DNA of 64,000 bases from a virus: positions 1-64,000 of the IMG/VR virus record IMGVR_UViG_3300033182_001261. One strand, written 5' to 3'. Below are positions 49,825 to 58,732 of the stretch, one piece after another (positions within the stretch are counted from its first letter, which is position 1; each line of letters opens with the position of its first letter). The notes beneath the pieces were generated by a model, which saw nothing but the letters and a program-made list of their open reading frames with translations, searched no databases and had not been told where the DNA came from. A program made the translations under genes and the position numbers.

Positions 49825-49921
49825 TTTCTCTCCCTTTCTTAACCTTATATTAATATTATAACAGGAAAGAAAGGTGTTGTCAAGGGGTTTCGAAAAAATA
49901 TTTCTACTCCCCCTCAACTTT

Positions 49922-50452
49922 TTAATAGTATGCTTCAGACTTTTTAAGTCTTATGGAATTCGAGTTACGATTAACTCTACCGAATCTCAGTGTATCAGAT
50001 TCCTTTTCAGATAGTTTATTACTAGACTTCTGCAAAAGATTACTGAATTCACGTTTCTCAGCATTCACCCGATTCTGAACTTGCTGCTCAGTTAAAACTC
50101 TCGGACGAGATTTACTGAACAAACTTCCTAAACGGATATCCAATTCACCTTCATATACAGTCCGTATGGAAGCAATAAATGAATCAAAATCAAATCCAAC
50201 ATCAGGAGTCACCGATACAACAGATACACGATTCTTATCCCAATATTTCAACATCTCCTTCTTAGCAGACTTATAAGACCTACCAGAAGAGGAAGCTTCC
50301 TTATCAAGAACATCATACATAGAATCCCACACATAAGGACTTGCAGTAATACCAATCACAATACAAGCACCTTTACTAGTCACACTGAAACGAATTTCAG
50401 GATATCTAACACTCAACAAATCCTTCACACAATTTACATTTTTAATACTCAT
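49922..50452 (-). CDS. Hypothetical early protein (N-terminus resembles polyvalent-protein LPD29-type domain)
   Basis: L..RYPEIRFSV.S....I.I; TAGGAG RBS. Confidence 0.5.
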   Translation of the reverse strand: MSIKNVNCVKDLLSVRYPEIRFSVTSKGACIVIGITASPYVWDSMYDVLDKEASSSGRSYKSAKKEMLKYWDKNRVSVVSVTPDVGFDFDSFIASIRTVYEGELDIRLGSLFSKSRPRVLTEQQVQNRVNAEKREFSNLLQKSSNKLSEKESDTLRFGRVNRNSNSIRLKKSEAYY

Positions 50453-50461
50453 AACAATCTC

Positions 50462-50674
50462 CTATTTTTTAAAGTTCCTCATCTTAGAAATCAAACGTCT
50501 TTGACGATAAACGGCCTTATCCCTTTTAATACCAAATACCCTAACAAGAATCTCAGGGAAATCCTGATCATCTATCTGAATATCACTACTGAACAACAAT
50601 TCCATAATATCTCTCTCAATACAAGGAAGAGAATCAAGGAACACATACGCATCATTAAAACTGAAATCTCTCAT
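50462..50674 (-). CDS. Stand-alone sigma70 region-4-like HTH protein
   Basis: LDSLP.IER.I.EL.F...EI...FGI.R......R.I.KMR; promoter at 50747. Confidence 0.55.
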   Translation of the reverse strand: MRDFSFNDAYVFLDSLPCIERDIMELLFSSDIQIDDQDFPEILVRVFGIKRDKAVYRQRRLISKMRNFKK

Positions 50675-50770
50675 AACAATCTCCTATAAATTACTTGGGT
50701 CTTACCCTTAACCCTATATTAATATTATACCTTTTTTACCACCCTTTGTCAATAGGTTTTGAAAAAATAA

Positions 50771-51044
50771 TTAATATGTTGTTTTAACTATTCTTCCGTC
50801 CGGACTCAAAACCACTGTTACATCTCTCCAATCTTTATTAAGCATTCCTGGATACTTGATACTTAATATAAGATTCTTCATCAATAACACACTTAATTCC
50901 TAGAAACCCATCTTCCCCAATAGTCTGAAATCTGCTACCACAATATATTGCTGCTTCAATCATTTTTTGAGAAACATTTCTATCTGGATTCACCATTCTT
51001 TCTTTTGCGTGTATACTCATTTTTTTATCCATTAAACACATCAT
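50771..51044 (-). pseudogene. DUF4258/BrnT-like gene frameshifted by a 7-bp tandem duplication
   Basis: SIHAKERM..R.VS...I N-terminus; GATACTT x2 at 50851-50864; removing one copy adds ...VTVVLSPDGRIVKTTY. Confidence 0.65.
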
Positions 51045-51161
51045 AATCTCCTACATGGTTCTCCTCTATTACAAATGGTTTTTTTTAACCCTATATCTTT
51101 ATTATAATGAAATTTCGAAGTGTGTCAATAGGTTTTATAAATATTTTTAAAAGGAATTATT

Positions 51162-51722
51162 ATGTCTTTAAATTTTCCATCAAACCCTACAAATGGCCAA
51201 GAATATATCGATAATAATGGGAAGAAGTGGCAGTTTTCTGAATACAGTTGGAAACCTTTCATTTCTCCAGTAACACTTTTTAACGAAAGAACTGAAATCA
51301 ACACATCCAATATGGTAGTTTTGGATCCTAACAGTAATTACGATTCCGAAATGCAATCCCCTAATAAAAAACTCAACTCTCAAGAAATTCATGCAGGGTA
51401 CATTGAAGGTTATAAAAGTTACTCACTGTTAAAATTTACACCCAACCAAAGTGATTTGTGGGTAACTCTTTATACAGATTTAGAATCTATGAAATCGGAC
51501 ATTTCGAGACCCTTTACACAAGACCCTATACCTGCATCAGGGGTAATCTCGGAGTTTTCTTCGAATTCAAATCAAAGTATAATCATAACTCCGACGACAA
51601 TTGGGTTTAATGCAGATGATGTTCCAAGCAATAAAATTTATCTCAAGATTGTGAATATATCAGATTCCCAATTAACTTCTGATTATAGTTTAACTCTAAC
51701 AATACTTCAGATGGAAAAATAG
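51162..51722 (+). CDS. Probable virion-associated protein
   Basis: MSLNFPSNPTNGQ.Y....W.F...W N-terminal module recalled from T4-like structural proteins; late promoter at 51136. Confidence 0.65.
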   Translation: MSLNFPSNPTNGQEYIDNNGKKWQFSEYSWKPFISPVTLFNERTEINTSNMVVLDPNSNYDSEMQSPNKKLNSQEIHAGYIEGYKSYSLLKFTPNQSDLWVTLYTDLESMKSDISRPFTQDPIPASGVISEFSSNSNQSIIITPTTIGFNADDVPSNKIYLKIVNISDSQLTSDYSLTLTILQMEK

Positions 51723-51723
51723 C

Positions 51724-53394
51724 ATGAAGAGGGAATACATTATAACTCTAAAAAATAAATCTGACCTAAAGAAGTTTTATGAAGAAATGGAAAGTTTAGG
51801 AGGAGATCACCACATCCCTAAAAGAGAGGTTGAACTTAAAGATAGGAGACCGCTCAGTAGGAACACACATTATTTTTTAACAGATGATGAGGTTCAACTA
51901 TTAAAAAATGATGAAAGAATTTTAGATATAGAACTAACTCCAGAAGAAAGAGGATTAAAAATTGTAAGAAGAGATTCATATGTTGTATCTGGAGATTTTG
52001 ATAAGTCTCCAAATGAAGATTCAGATATTAATTGGGGAATCTTACATTGCGCAGGAACAGAAACTCAGAAAAGGAAAGGTGTTTTTGGAATAGATGGAAC
52101 AGAACAAGTTACTGATACCATCTCCGTTTTTGATGATGGATCAAACGTTGATGTTGTTATAGTAGATGATCCAGTAGCATATGACCATCAAGAATTCCTT
52201 GACCCTGATACAGGGGAAAATAGATTCGTTCAATACCAGTGGTTTAACGAACTAGACCAATATATGGTTGATTTAGATACAGTTGAATCAGATCAAAACT
52301 ATCAAAATTTTATGGATACAAATTCAACTAATATACCATACTACAACTGTTCGGAATTATATGGTGAAAATTTATATCACGGAACCCATGTCGCAGGAAC
52401 AGCAGTCGGAAAAACACAAGGATGGGCTAGAAAGTCTAATATATACTCTATAGCAGTTTTAGGTTCAGATAATATGGGGAATGATATTCCCCCTTTAAGA
52501 CTTTTTGATTACCTGAAAGCATTTCACAAAAATAAACAAATAAACAGTGAAACTGGAAAAAGAAATCCAACAGTTACAAATCATAGTTGGGGATATTCTG
52601 CTGAAGTTGCAATATCAAATCTCTCAGAAATAACCTCTGTTAACTTTAGAGGAGTTTTGCATAACAATAATGGATGGTCAAAATCCGATCTATTGAATAA
52701 TTTTGGAATATACATTACAGGTGAAGAGGGTGATTATATTTTATATATACCGGTTAAAGTGACCAGTGTTGATGTTGACGTTCAAGATGCTATTGAAGAC
52801 GGTGTTATAGTTATTACCGCAGCAGGAAATGATAACTATTTTGGAGTTCCTGTAGGTCATCAAGATTATGATAACACTTTATCAATAACAAATTTTGGAA
52901 CGTATTACTATAATAGGGGAGGGTCTCCAGGATCAACTCCTGATTCTATTAATGTCGGAAGTTTATCTGCCAACAAAGATTTCAGAAGAGCAAGATATTC
53001 AAATTACGGTCCGATAGTTAATGTATTTTCTCCTGGAACAAACATACTATCTTCATCACCTCAGGAACTAGGAAACAACTACTATAGAGTTCTATCAGGA
53101 ACTTCGATGGCTTCCCCACAAGTTGCTGGAATAATAGCATGCTTTTGTTCCAATAAGTCTGATATGAACAATTACAAATGCATTCAATACATAAACGAAT
53201 TTGGTGTTTATGATGAAATCGAAAAAGATGTTTTTGGTGGTGGATTCGTTGATGAAACCAACTTTAAAGAATCCGTAAACTTAACAGTTTTTGCTAAAGA
53301 TAGGAGACTTTCATACACCTTACTATATTTCAACGAATCTCCCAGAAAAAGTTATGGAGTGTTATACCCCAGAAAAAACAAAGGTAAAAAATAA
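51724..53394 (+). CDS. Subtilisin-like S8 serine protease with N-terminal prodomain
   Basis: VVIVDD, HGTHVAGT, NHSWG, AAGN, GTSMASPQVAG. Confidence 0.93.
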   Translation: MKREYIITLKNKSDLKKFYEEMESLGGDHHIPKREVELKDRRPLSRNTHYFLTDDEVQLLKNDERILDIELTPEERGLKIVRRDSYVVSGDFDKSPNEDSDINWGILHCAGTETQKRKGVFGIDGTEQVTDTISVFDDGSNVDVVIVDDPVAYDHQEFLDPDTGENRFVQYQWFNELDQYMVDLDTVESDQNYQNFMDTNSTNIPYYNCSELYGENLYHGTHVAGTAVGKTQGWARKSNIYSIAVLGSDNMGNDIPPLRLFDYLKAFHKNKQINSETGKRNPTVTNHSWGYSAEVAISNLSEITSVNFRGVLHNNNGWSKSDLLNNFGIYITGEEGDYILYIPVKVTSVDVDVQDAIEDGVIVITAAGNDNYFGVPVGHQDYDNTLSITNFGTYYYNRGGSPGSTPDSINVGSLSANKDFRRARYSNYGPIVNVFSPGTNILSSSPQELGNNYYRVLSGTSMASPQVAGIIACFCSNKSDMNNYKCIQYINEFGVYDEIEKDVFGGGFVDETNFKESVNLTVFAKDRRLSYTLLYFNESPRKSYGVLYPRKNKGKK

Positions 53395-53997
53395 CACTCC
53401 ATTAAAATTATTTTATTAATTTTCTAATTCTTTTCCTAGCAGCTTTTGACCTAGTTCTGCGATTACTTGAAAGAATTTCCTTTTTCAGTTTTCTTAATAC
53501 TCTTTCTTTTCTATCCAAAGTCTTAATCAGACTTTCTAATTTTTTAATTTTATCTGAAAGTTTCAACATAATATTCCTATTTACAATTATATCCAGAGTT
53601 TGGATAGAAATTAAAATAACTATCTACCATATTCATTATTCACCTCTATGGATTAATACGTGTGGACTTCTAAACTCTATAACTGGATACTTTCCACCAT
53701 TACATTGTTCTGCTATCAAATCAAAAGAAACCTTCTGCACATTTTCACAATAGTATACACCATCTTCTGCGTGTATGACATATCTTTCCCCTTGGTCCGG
53801 ATCGATCCTACCTATAATCATAAGATAGGTGATATAAAGAAATGAAATCACCAGAACCCATAAAAAATTTTTAGTTAACTTCTTGAAGTCCATATTCCGG
53901 ATCCTCCTGTTCCATTTCATACATGCAATCCAATTCATGTTCAGTGTATCCGTAAGTTTCGCGATACCTAACATAACCCTCAAATGTTTCGAAATCA

Positions 53998-54426
53998 TTA
54001 ATAGAGACCATTATTATCCTCCTCATTGTCGTAAGTGTATTCGAATTCTTTTAAGAAATTTCCTTGACTATCAAAAAGTTGTTTACTCTTATATCTTCCA
54101 TCAGGATGAAGTTTGTAAACACTTGTAAAATATTTCCCTACAATAGCTTCCGTTCTATACTTTCTCTTTTTTCTTCTCTCCACATCCCCTCCTTAATAGT
54201 TTGACCACTTGTCATTATCTCTAATCCAATACCTAATCCTGACTCCATCTTGATAATAGTCCGTTCGCAAAACTTCACCTTTCTCATCTAGGAATCTAAC
54301 TTCGCAAAGTTCTCCATCAACATAGAATAGTTTCATATTATCTTTCTCAACCATTTCAATAGTTGGTTCATACACCTCTTCCTCTGAAAGATTTTCTTTC
54401 ACTTTCATATGATCTCCTAGTTCCAA
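53998..54426 (-). CDS. Two small MORN/YwqK-like beta-hairpin proteins (54193-54426, 53998-54183)
   Basis: FYVDGEL...DEKGEV...YYQDG; LHPDG...FDSQGN. Confidence 0.5.
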
Positions 54427-54737
54427 ACCCCATCAATGTAAAAGGGTTTTATTTTTTTATATCCATTTTGAGATGCCCTTTGTCCACTCTGATAAGGTTT
54501 TCCTCCATTTTGAACTTTGGAAGTTATGTGAAGAACTTTCCCACTCGGTTGGTTCTTATAATCTTTCCATTGAACGACCCAACAAGCAACTTGGTCATCA
54601 GAATATTTCCCGATAACTTTCACTCTTGCATTGTCTCCAGATTTAACTCCAGAAGGTTTGACCGAAGAGTCCCCATAATACCAAGTCATGTGGGAACCAT
54701 CTGGAAAAAATACTGCTGAATAATTCACTTTTTTCAT
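54417..54737 (-). CDS. 2H phosphoesterase-like protein
   Basis: Two HxT motifs (SHMTW, LHITS) and GKP..SG; early promoter at 54791. Confidence 0.65.
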   Translation of the reverse strand: MKKVNYSAVFFPDGSHMTWYYGDSSVKPSGVKSGDNARVKVIGKYSDDQVACWVVQWKDYKNQPSGKVLHITSKVQNGGKPYQSGQRASQNGYKKIKPFYIDGVWN

Positions 54738-55042
54738 TTCGGTCTCCTTTCTCAACCTTATATAACAATTATAACAGGAAATAAAGAGAGAGTCAATAGG
54801 TTTTGGAAATTAATTTAGAAATTTTTTAGTATAGCACTGAGGATTACACTGAATACACCTAAAATAAAAACCCATTCGAAGAAACCAACACCTAAGTATT
54901 TCAAATCTTCTAAAGATTCTTCATTAAAGGATAATCTATCTTTTTTATCTTTTATTTTCATTTGCTATTTTGGGAGACTTGACCAGAGAAACAAAAACCA
55001 AGATTTTTCATTTTCATTCATAATATTTTCCATAAAAATAAA

Positions 55043-55116
55043 CGGACGTGACGAGACTCGAACTCGCGACCCCCTGCGTGACAGGCAGGTACTCTAACCA
55101 ACTGAGCTACACATCC
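55043..55116 (-). tRNA. tRNA-Asp (GTC)
   Basis: GGATGTGTAGCTCAGTTGGTTAGAGTACCTGCCTGTCACGCAGGGGGTCGCGAGTTCGAGTCTCGTCACGTCCG folds as a cloverleaf; no encoded CCA. Confidence 0.95.
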
Positions 55117-55182
55117 TTTTTAATATTTATATTTCAGACTATAATCAAAATACAGAATTGTAAAAAAATTGTAAAAATGCAT

Positions 55183-55380
55183 CTACCATGCTTCGTAATA
55201 AAGGATACCGCAAAGGTCTGTTTCTGAAATTCGACCTTCCTTTTTAAGCTCTTCCAAAGCATTTTCAATATCCTTTATTTCGTAATCGTCCGAGAATTTT
55301 ATCATAATATCATCAAAGTTTGGATTAATTTGTTCGTCTCCTAATTTTTTAATCCAACTATATATAGTTTCTTTTAGCAT
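55183..55380 (-). CDS. Small winged-helix-like protein
   Basis: IENALEELKKEGRI pattern. Confidence 0.5.
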   Translation of the reverse strand: MLKETIYSWIKKLGDEQINPNFDDIMIKFSDDYEIKDIENALEELKKEGRISETDLCGILYYEAW

Positions 55381-55558
55381 ATTTTTATTTATTCTTTATC
55401 TTTTCTTTTTGGGCAGTTCCTGCAAGGGTTGTCAAAATAGTAATCTTGAGCCTCATCACACCACTTCATTTGCCTAACAACTCCATTAGTAACATCAATA
55501 CAATTTGAATCCAATAGTATAGCACCGCATGGTCTTATAATTCTTTCATTTCCCGACA

Positions 55559-55753
55559 TTATATCTCCTTTTTATAATCAATATCTTGTAATAAGACTCC
55601 ATCCTCATCATAAGATTCCCATTTATCAATTTTCAGAATTCTAACTTTTCCAGTCTCTTTCAATTGACCATTTGAGTGATATGTTTTCCATATAAACTCA
55701 TCTTCAGTTGAACCTTTTTGTAAGGAACCTATTTGCTTATACCATTTTTCCAT
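55559..55753 (-). CDS. MORN/YwqK-like small protein
   Basis: WKTYHSNGQLKETG...W.SYDEDG. Confidence 0.7.
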   Translation of the reverse strand: MEKWYKQIGSLQKGSTEDEFIWKTYHSNGQLKETGKVRILKIDKWESYDEDGVLLQDIDYKKEI

Positions 55754-55791
55754 ACATAAATTCTTTTGCTATTTCTTTTATCTTATCTTTT

Positions 55792-56160
55792 TTAGTTTTC
55801 TTCTTCCCACCATCCATATTCTGGTAAAGGATCAGCAAAATAACAATTATCATAATCTTCTGGAATCCAAAAACCATATCCGTATCCCTTTCCTAATGCT
55901 ACTCCATTACCCTCACCGCAGTGATTCGGATTGTCTAGGTCTCTATGATCCCCCTCATAAGATAGAGTTAGTTCCCCATACCATTCCCCAGTATTATAGT
56001 CTTGTCTAGTTATAATCCACTGGATTAATTCAAAACCGTCACCAGTCCTTCCATATGATGCTTCTCCCCAACCAAACCCTCCAATTTCCCCAGTTTCAGG
56101 ATAATAATTCCGTAGTGTTGAAATTGTTTCAAAAGTGCATTTATTTTTCTTTGTACTCAT
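55792..56160 (-). CDS. Gly-motif small protein 4
   Basis: GEGNGVALGKG; C-terminal CYFADP. Confidence 0.7.
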   Translation of the reverse strand: MSTKKNKCTFETISTLRNYYPETGEIGGFGWGEASYGRTGDGFELIQWIITRQDYNTGEWYGELTLSYEGDHRDLDNPNHCGEGNGVALGKGYGYGFWIPEDYDNCYFADPLPEYGWWEEEN

Positions 56161-56392
56161 AGTTCCATCCATATCCTTGACAGACTCCTGTTCCTGACCC
56201 TGTTCCTTGATTATGCCTACCTATATATCCCGACCCATTAGCGTTTCCTGTTGCATAATCTTCTCCTGCATCCGTGTATCCTGATTTACATCCCCCTCTT
56301 CCGTCAGAGTTACCAGAACCTCTTCCACTTTCATTGGGCCATCCTCTTCCTTCAGAGTATCCCATTCCATATTGAGGTTTATTAATCGTCAT
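56141..56392 (-). CDS. Gly-motif small protein 3
   Basis: GMGYSEGRG, GRGSGNSDGRG, GSGTGVCQGYG. Confidence 0.7.
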   Translation of the reverse strand: MTINKPQYGMGYSEGRGWPNESGRGSGNSDGRGGCKSGYTDAGEDYATGNANGSGYIGRHNQGTGSGTGVCQGYGWNYEYKEK

Positions 56393-56594
56393 AATAATCT
56401 ATACCAGAACCTTTTGCTATTCCGGCACCACATCCATCTTTTTCCCATTCGTCACCATAGAAAAAAGTTTCACACCTTGGAACAGAATCGTACCCTTCTG
56501 GACAACCTGTTCCGTATCCTACTGATTGCCCATCACCCCATCCGATGAATTCAATATTATCATCGTTATCACATATGGGATCAAATATATTCAT
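56382..56594 (-). CDS. Gly-motif small protein 2
   Basis: GWGDGQSVGYG, GCGAGIAKGSG. Confidence 0.7.
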   Translation of the reverse strand: MNIFDPICDNDDNIEFIGWGDGQSVGYGTGCPEGYDSVPRCETFFYGDEWEKDGCGAGIAKGSGIDYYDD

Positions 56595-56604
56595 ACATCA
56601 TTCC

Positions 56605-56886
56605 TTACGAGACTTTTCCAAAAAATTCATACTCTTCTGAATATAACTTGGGAGGGTCTGCCAAACAGATTATACCATGCCTATCATGCTCATATCCGGA
56701 ACCAGTGGACATACCTCTGCCATATCCAGTATCAACCCATTCTTCATACTGCGATTTCATCTCAATACCTTCACCATCAGAGCACCCCTTTCCACATCCA
56801 TTAGAGAACATGCCAGAACCTCTAGCAGAACCCCCTCCGAATGTTGAAAAAATCCCATCATAATAACTATGATTGCGAAACTTCAT
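56605..56886 (-). CDS. Gly-motif small protein 1
   Basis: GCGKGCSDGEG, GYGRGMSTGSG; C-terminal CLADP; GAGG RBS. Confidence 0.7.
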   Translation of the reverse strand: MKFRNHSYYDGIFSTFGGGSARGSGMFSNGCGKGCSDGEGIEMKSQYEEWVDTGYGRGMSTGSGYEHDRHGIICLADPPKLYSEEYEFFGKVS

Positions 56887-57226
56887 GGGAATATTCCTCA
56901 CAAGAGTAAATAATATCCCTAGCATATTCAGTAAGAGGTCCGAGTTCCTCCCATCCGTTCAGCACTTTATACTCCTCTGGAAGCATAACAGTGCTTTCAG
57001 AAGGATTTGACATCCCATTTACGGACAAGTCAGAACAATCAACTGCTCCAACCCATCTTCGGATCCGTCTGGAATTCTCAAGGACAAGAATATTTCCCTG
57101 AGCTCCGATTTGTGATAGTTTTCCAACGAAAACTCCTGCCATATTAGAACGAACTAATATGTACTTTCCGATAAAACTTTTTACCCATCCATTTTCAATT
57201 TCATTTATTTGCATCATAATCCTCAT
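56867..57226 (-). CDS. DUF6948-like small beta-barrel protein
   Basis: IGKYILVR...AGVF.G.L......L.NSRRI..W.GA...S.L...G, recalled family pattern. Confidence 0.7.
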   Translation of the reverse strand: MRIMMQINEIENGWVKSFIGKYILVRSNMAGVFVGKLSQIGAQGNILVLENSRRIRRWVGAVDCSDLSVNGMSNPSESTVMLPEEYKVLNGWEELGPLTEYARDIIYSCEEYSHEVSQS

Positions 57227-57382
57227 TAATATTCATAAAGTCTAGAAACGCCAACCCAAAACATAGAAGGCATAAAATAAAACAGTTCATACTCACAATC
57301 AATAAAAATACATTCATTATAATTTCCTTTTATCTAAACTAATATTAGTATATTATAAAAGAGGGATAATGTCAATAAGTTT

Positions 57383-58732
57383 TTAAAAAAAACTTTCCAA
57401 ACTAAAAGTTTTTTCAACTTCGAAAAATTTAGACCACATATCTTCCCCATTTTGGACAAATTTAGGATCGGCAAAAGCAGGAATGCTGTGTTCTATCCCA
57501 CAAGGAATTCCTAATGCTAAATCAATATAGTCTTGTGCTATTTTCTTTCTATCAAACTGCTTAATCATTTCAAAGTTATTGTTTGCTATTCTCTCATACT
57601 CTTCTTTTGTGATTGTCAAAAAATCGTTAATAGCATCTGCGTATTGTTTTGGAGTATAGTCATACTTCAACATCAAATAATTTTCGTCAGGAGTAAATAA
57701 AGACCCTACCCCATCCTCATTACACGATATACCAAGATTGACAGCAATAGGAACTGTTCCCATTCTCATTGCTTCAACCAAAGTTCTGTTGAAATGTTCT
57801 CCGTAAGTTTTAGACCAAGTTGAATCAATAAAGAACATTGACTCTCTCAATATTGAATCTCTTCTATTTTCTGATATGAATCCGATATATTCCATACCGT
57901 AGGTCAAAGCATTGTCCCATATCTTATTCCCTAGAAGTTCTTGCGAAGCATCTGGGTCTCTTTGTAAGGAGCAGTAATACTCTTCCTTACATTTGTCTTT
58001 GGACGTCATATATGCCCTCTCAATACCGTCCCCACCAACAATAACATCACAATAATTCAGATGAGGGACACAAGAAACTAAATCATCAACCCTTTTCATT
58101 TTCTTAAAAGTCTGGAGTGAAAAAATTTGTCTCTTACGATTCCCAAAATTTATATCTGGATTCACATCACTAATATCTTGAGGATTCAGAATCATTGACC
58201 TAGGAATATCCATAAACTCTGCCGACTTATAAGCAGAATCGTGGACACAAGCAACACCAGAAAGACTATTCTTGAATTTATAAACCCAAGGGTACAATTT
58301 CTGTAAGTTGCCATCATGGACTATCATAACCTGTTTTGATTTCACACTTTCAATCATTGGCAACCAAGTTGTATTCTTTTTGGAACTCTTATTCTTGAAT
58401 CCGAATATACTTTCCCATATTACAATATCATGCTGATTAGCCATTCGAACAAAATCATCCACACTATCTTGATTGAGAAAGGAATAATAGTTTGTCATCC
58501 ACCCTTTACCTTGATGGACAGGAATTCCTGTTCCTGGACCGATTTCATATTCGTTCTGTAAAAGTTCATCAACATTTTGAATATTCACAGTTTTAGGTTT
58601 CTGTGTTGATGGTTTTAGGAAAGCGAAAGTGACTTCATGCCCCAAATCTTTTAATCCTGCTATTAACTGCTCTGTGTGATTTATAATGCCACCATAGTTG
58701 TAAAATTGGTGGACTGGAACTAATATTTTCAT
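57383..58732 (-). CDS. GT-B fold glycosyltransferase, probable DNA base glycosyltransferase
   Basis: GGI..H.EQL..GL..LGH.V, HD, KRVDDLV, EHFNRTLVEAM; ATGA-type overlap with the dioxygenase gene. Confidence 0.8.
   Translation of the reverse strand: MKILVPVHQFYNYGGIINHTEQLIAGLKDLGHEVTFAFLKPSTQKPKTVNIQNVDELLQNEYEIGPGTGIPVHQGKGWMTNYYSFLNQDSVDDFVRMANQHDIVIWESIFGFKNKSSKKNTTWLPMIESVKSKQVMIVHDGNLQKLYPWVYKFKNSLSGVACVHDSAYKSAEFMDIPRSMILNPQDISDVNPDINFGNRKRQIFSLQTFKKMKRVDDLVSCVPHLNYCDVIVGGDGIERAYMTSKDKCKEEYYCSLQRDPDASQELLGNKIWDNALTYGMEYIGFISENRRDSILRESMFFIDSTWSKTYGEHFNRTLVEAMRMGTVPIAVNLGISCNEDGVGSLFTPDENYLMLKYDYTPKQYADAINDFLTITKEEYERIANNNFEMIKQFDRKKIAQDYIDLALGIPCGIEHSIPAFADPKFVQNGEDMWSKFFEVEKTFSLESFF

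Noticed and set aside
55792-57226. Diversity-generating retroelement or RiPP cluster explaining the Gly-motif ORFs
   Set aside because: No reverse transcriptase, no template/variable repeat pair at nucleotide level, no adjacent modifying enzyme or shared leader peptide
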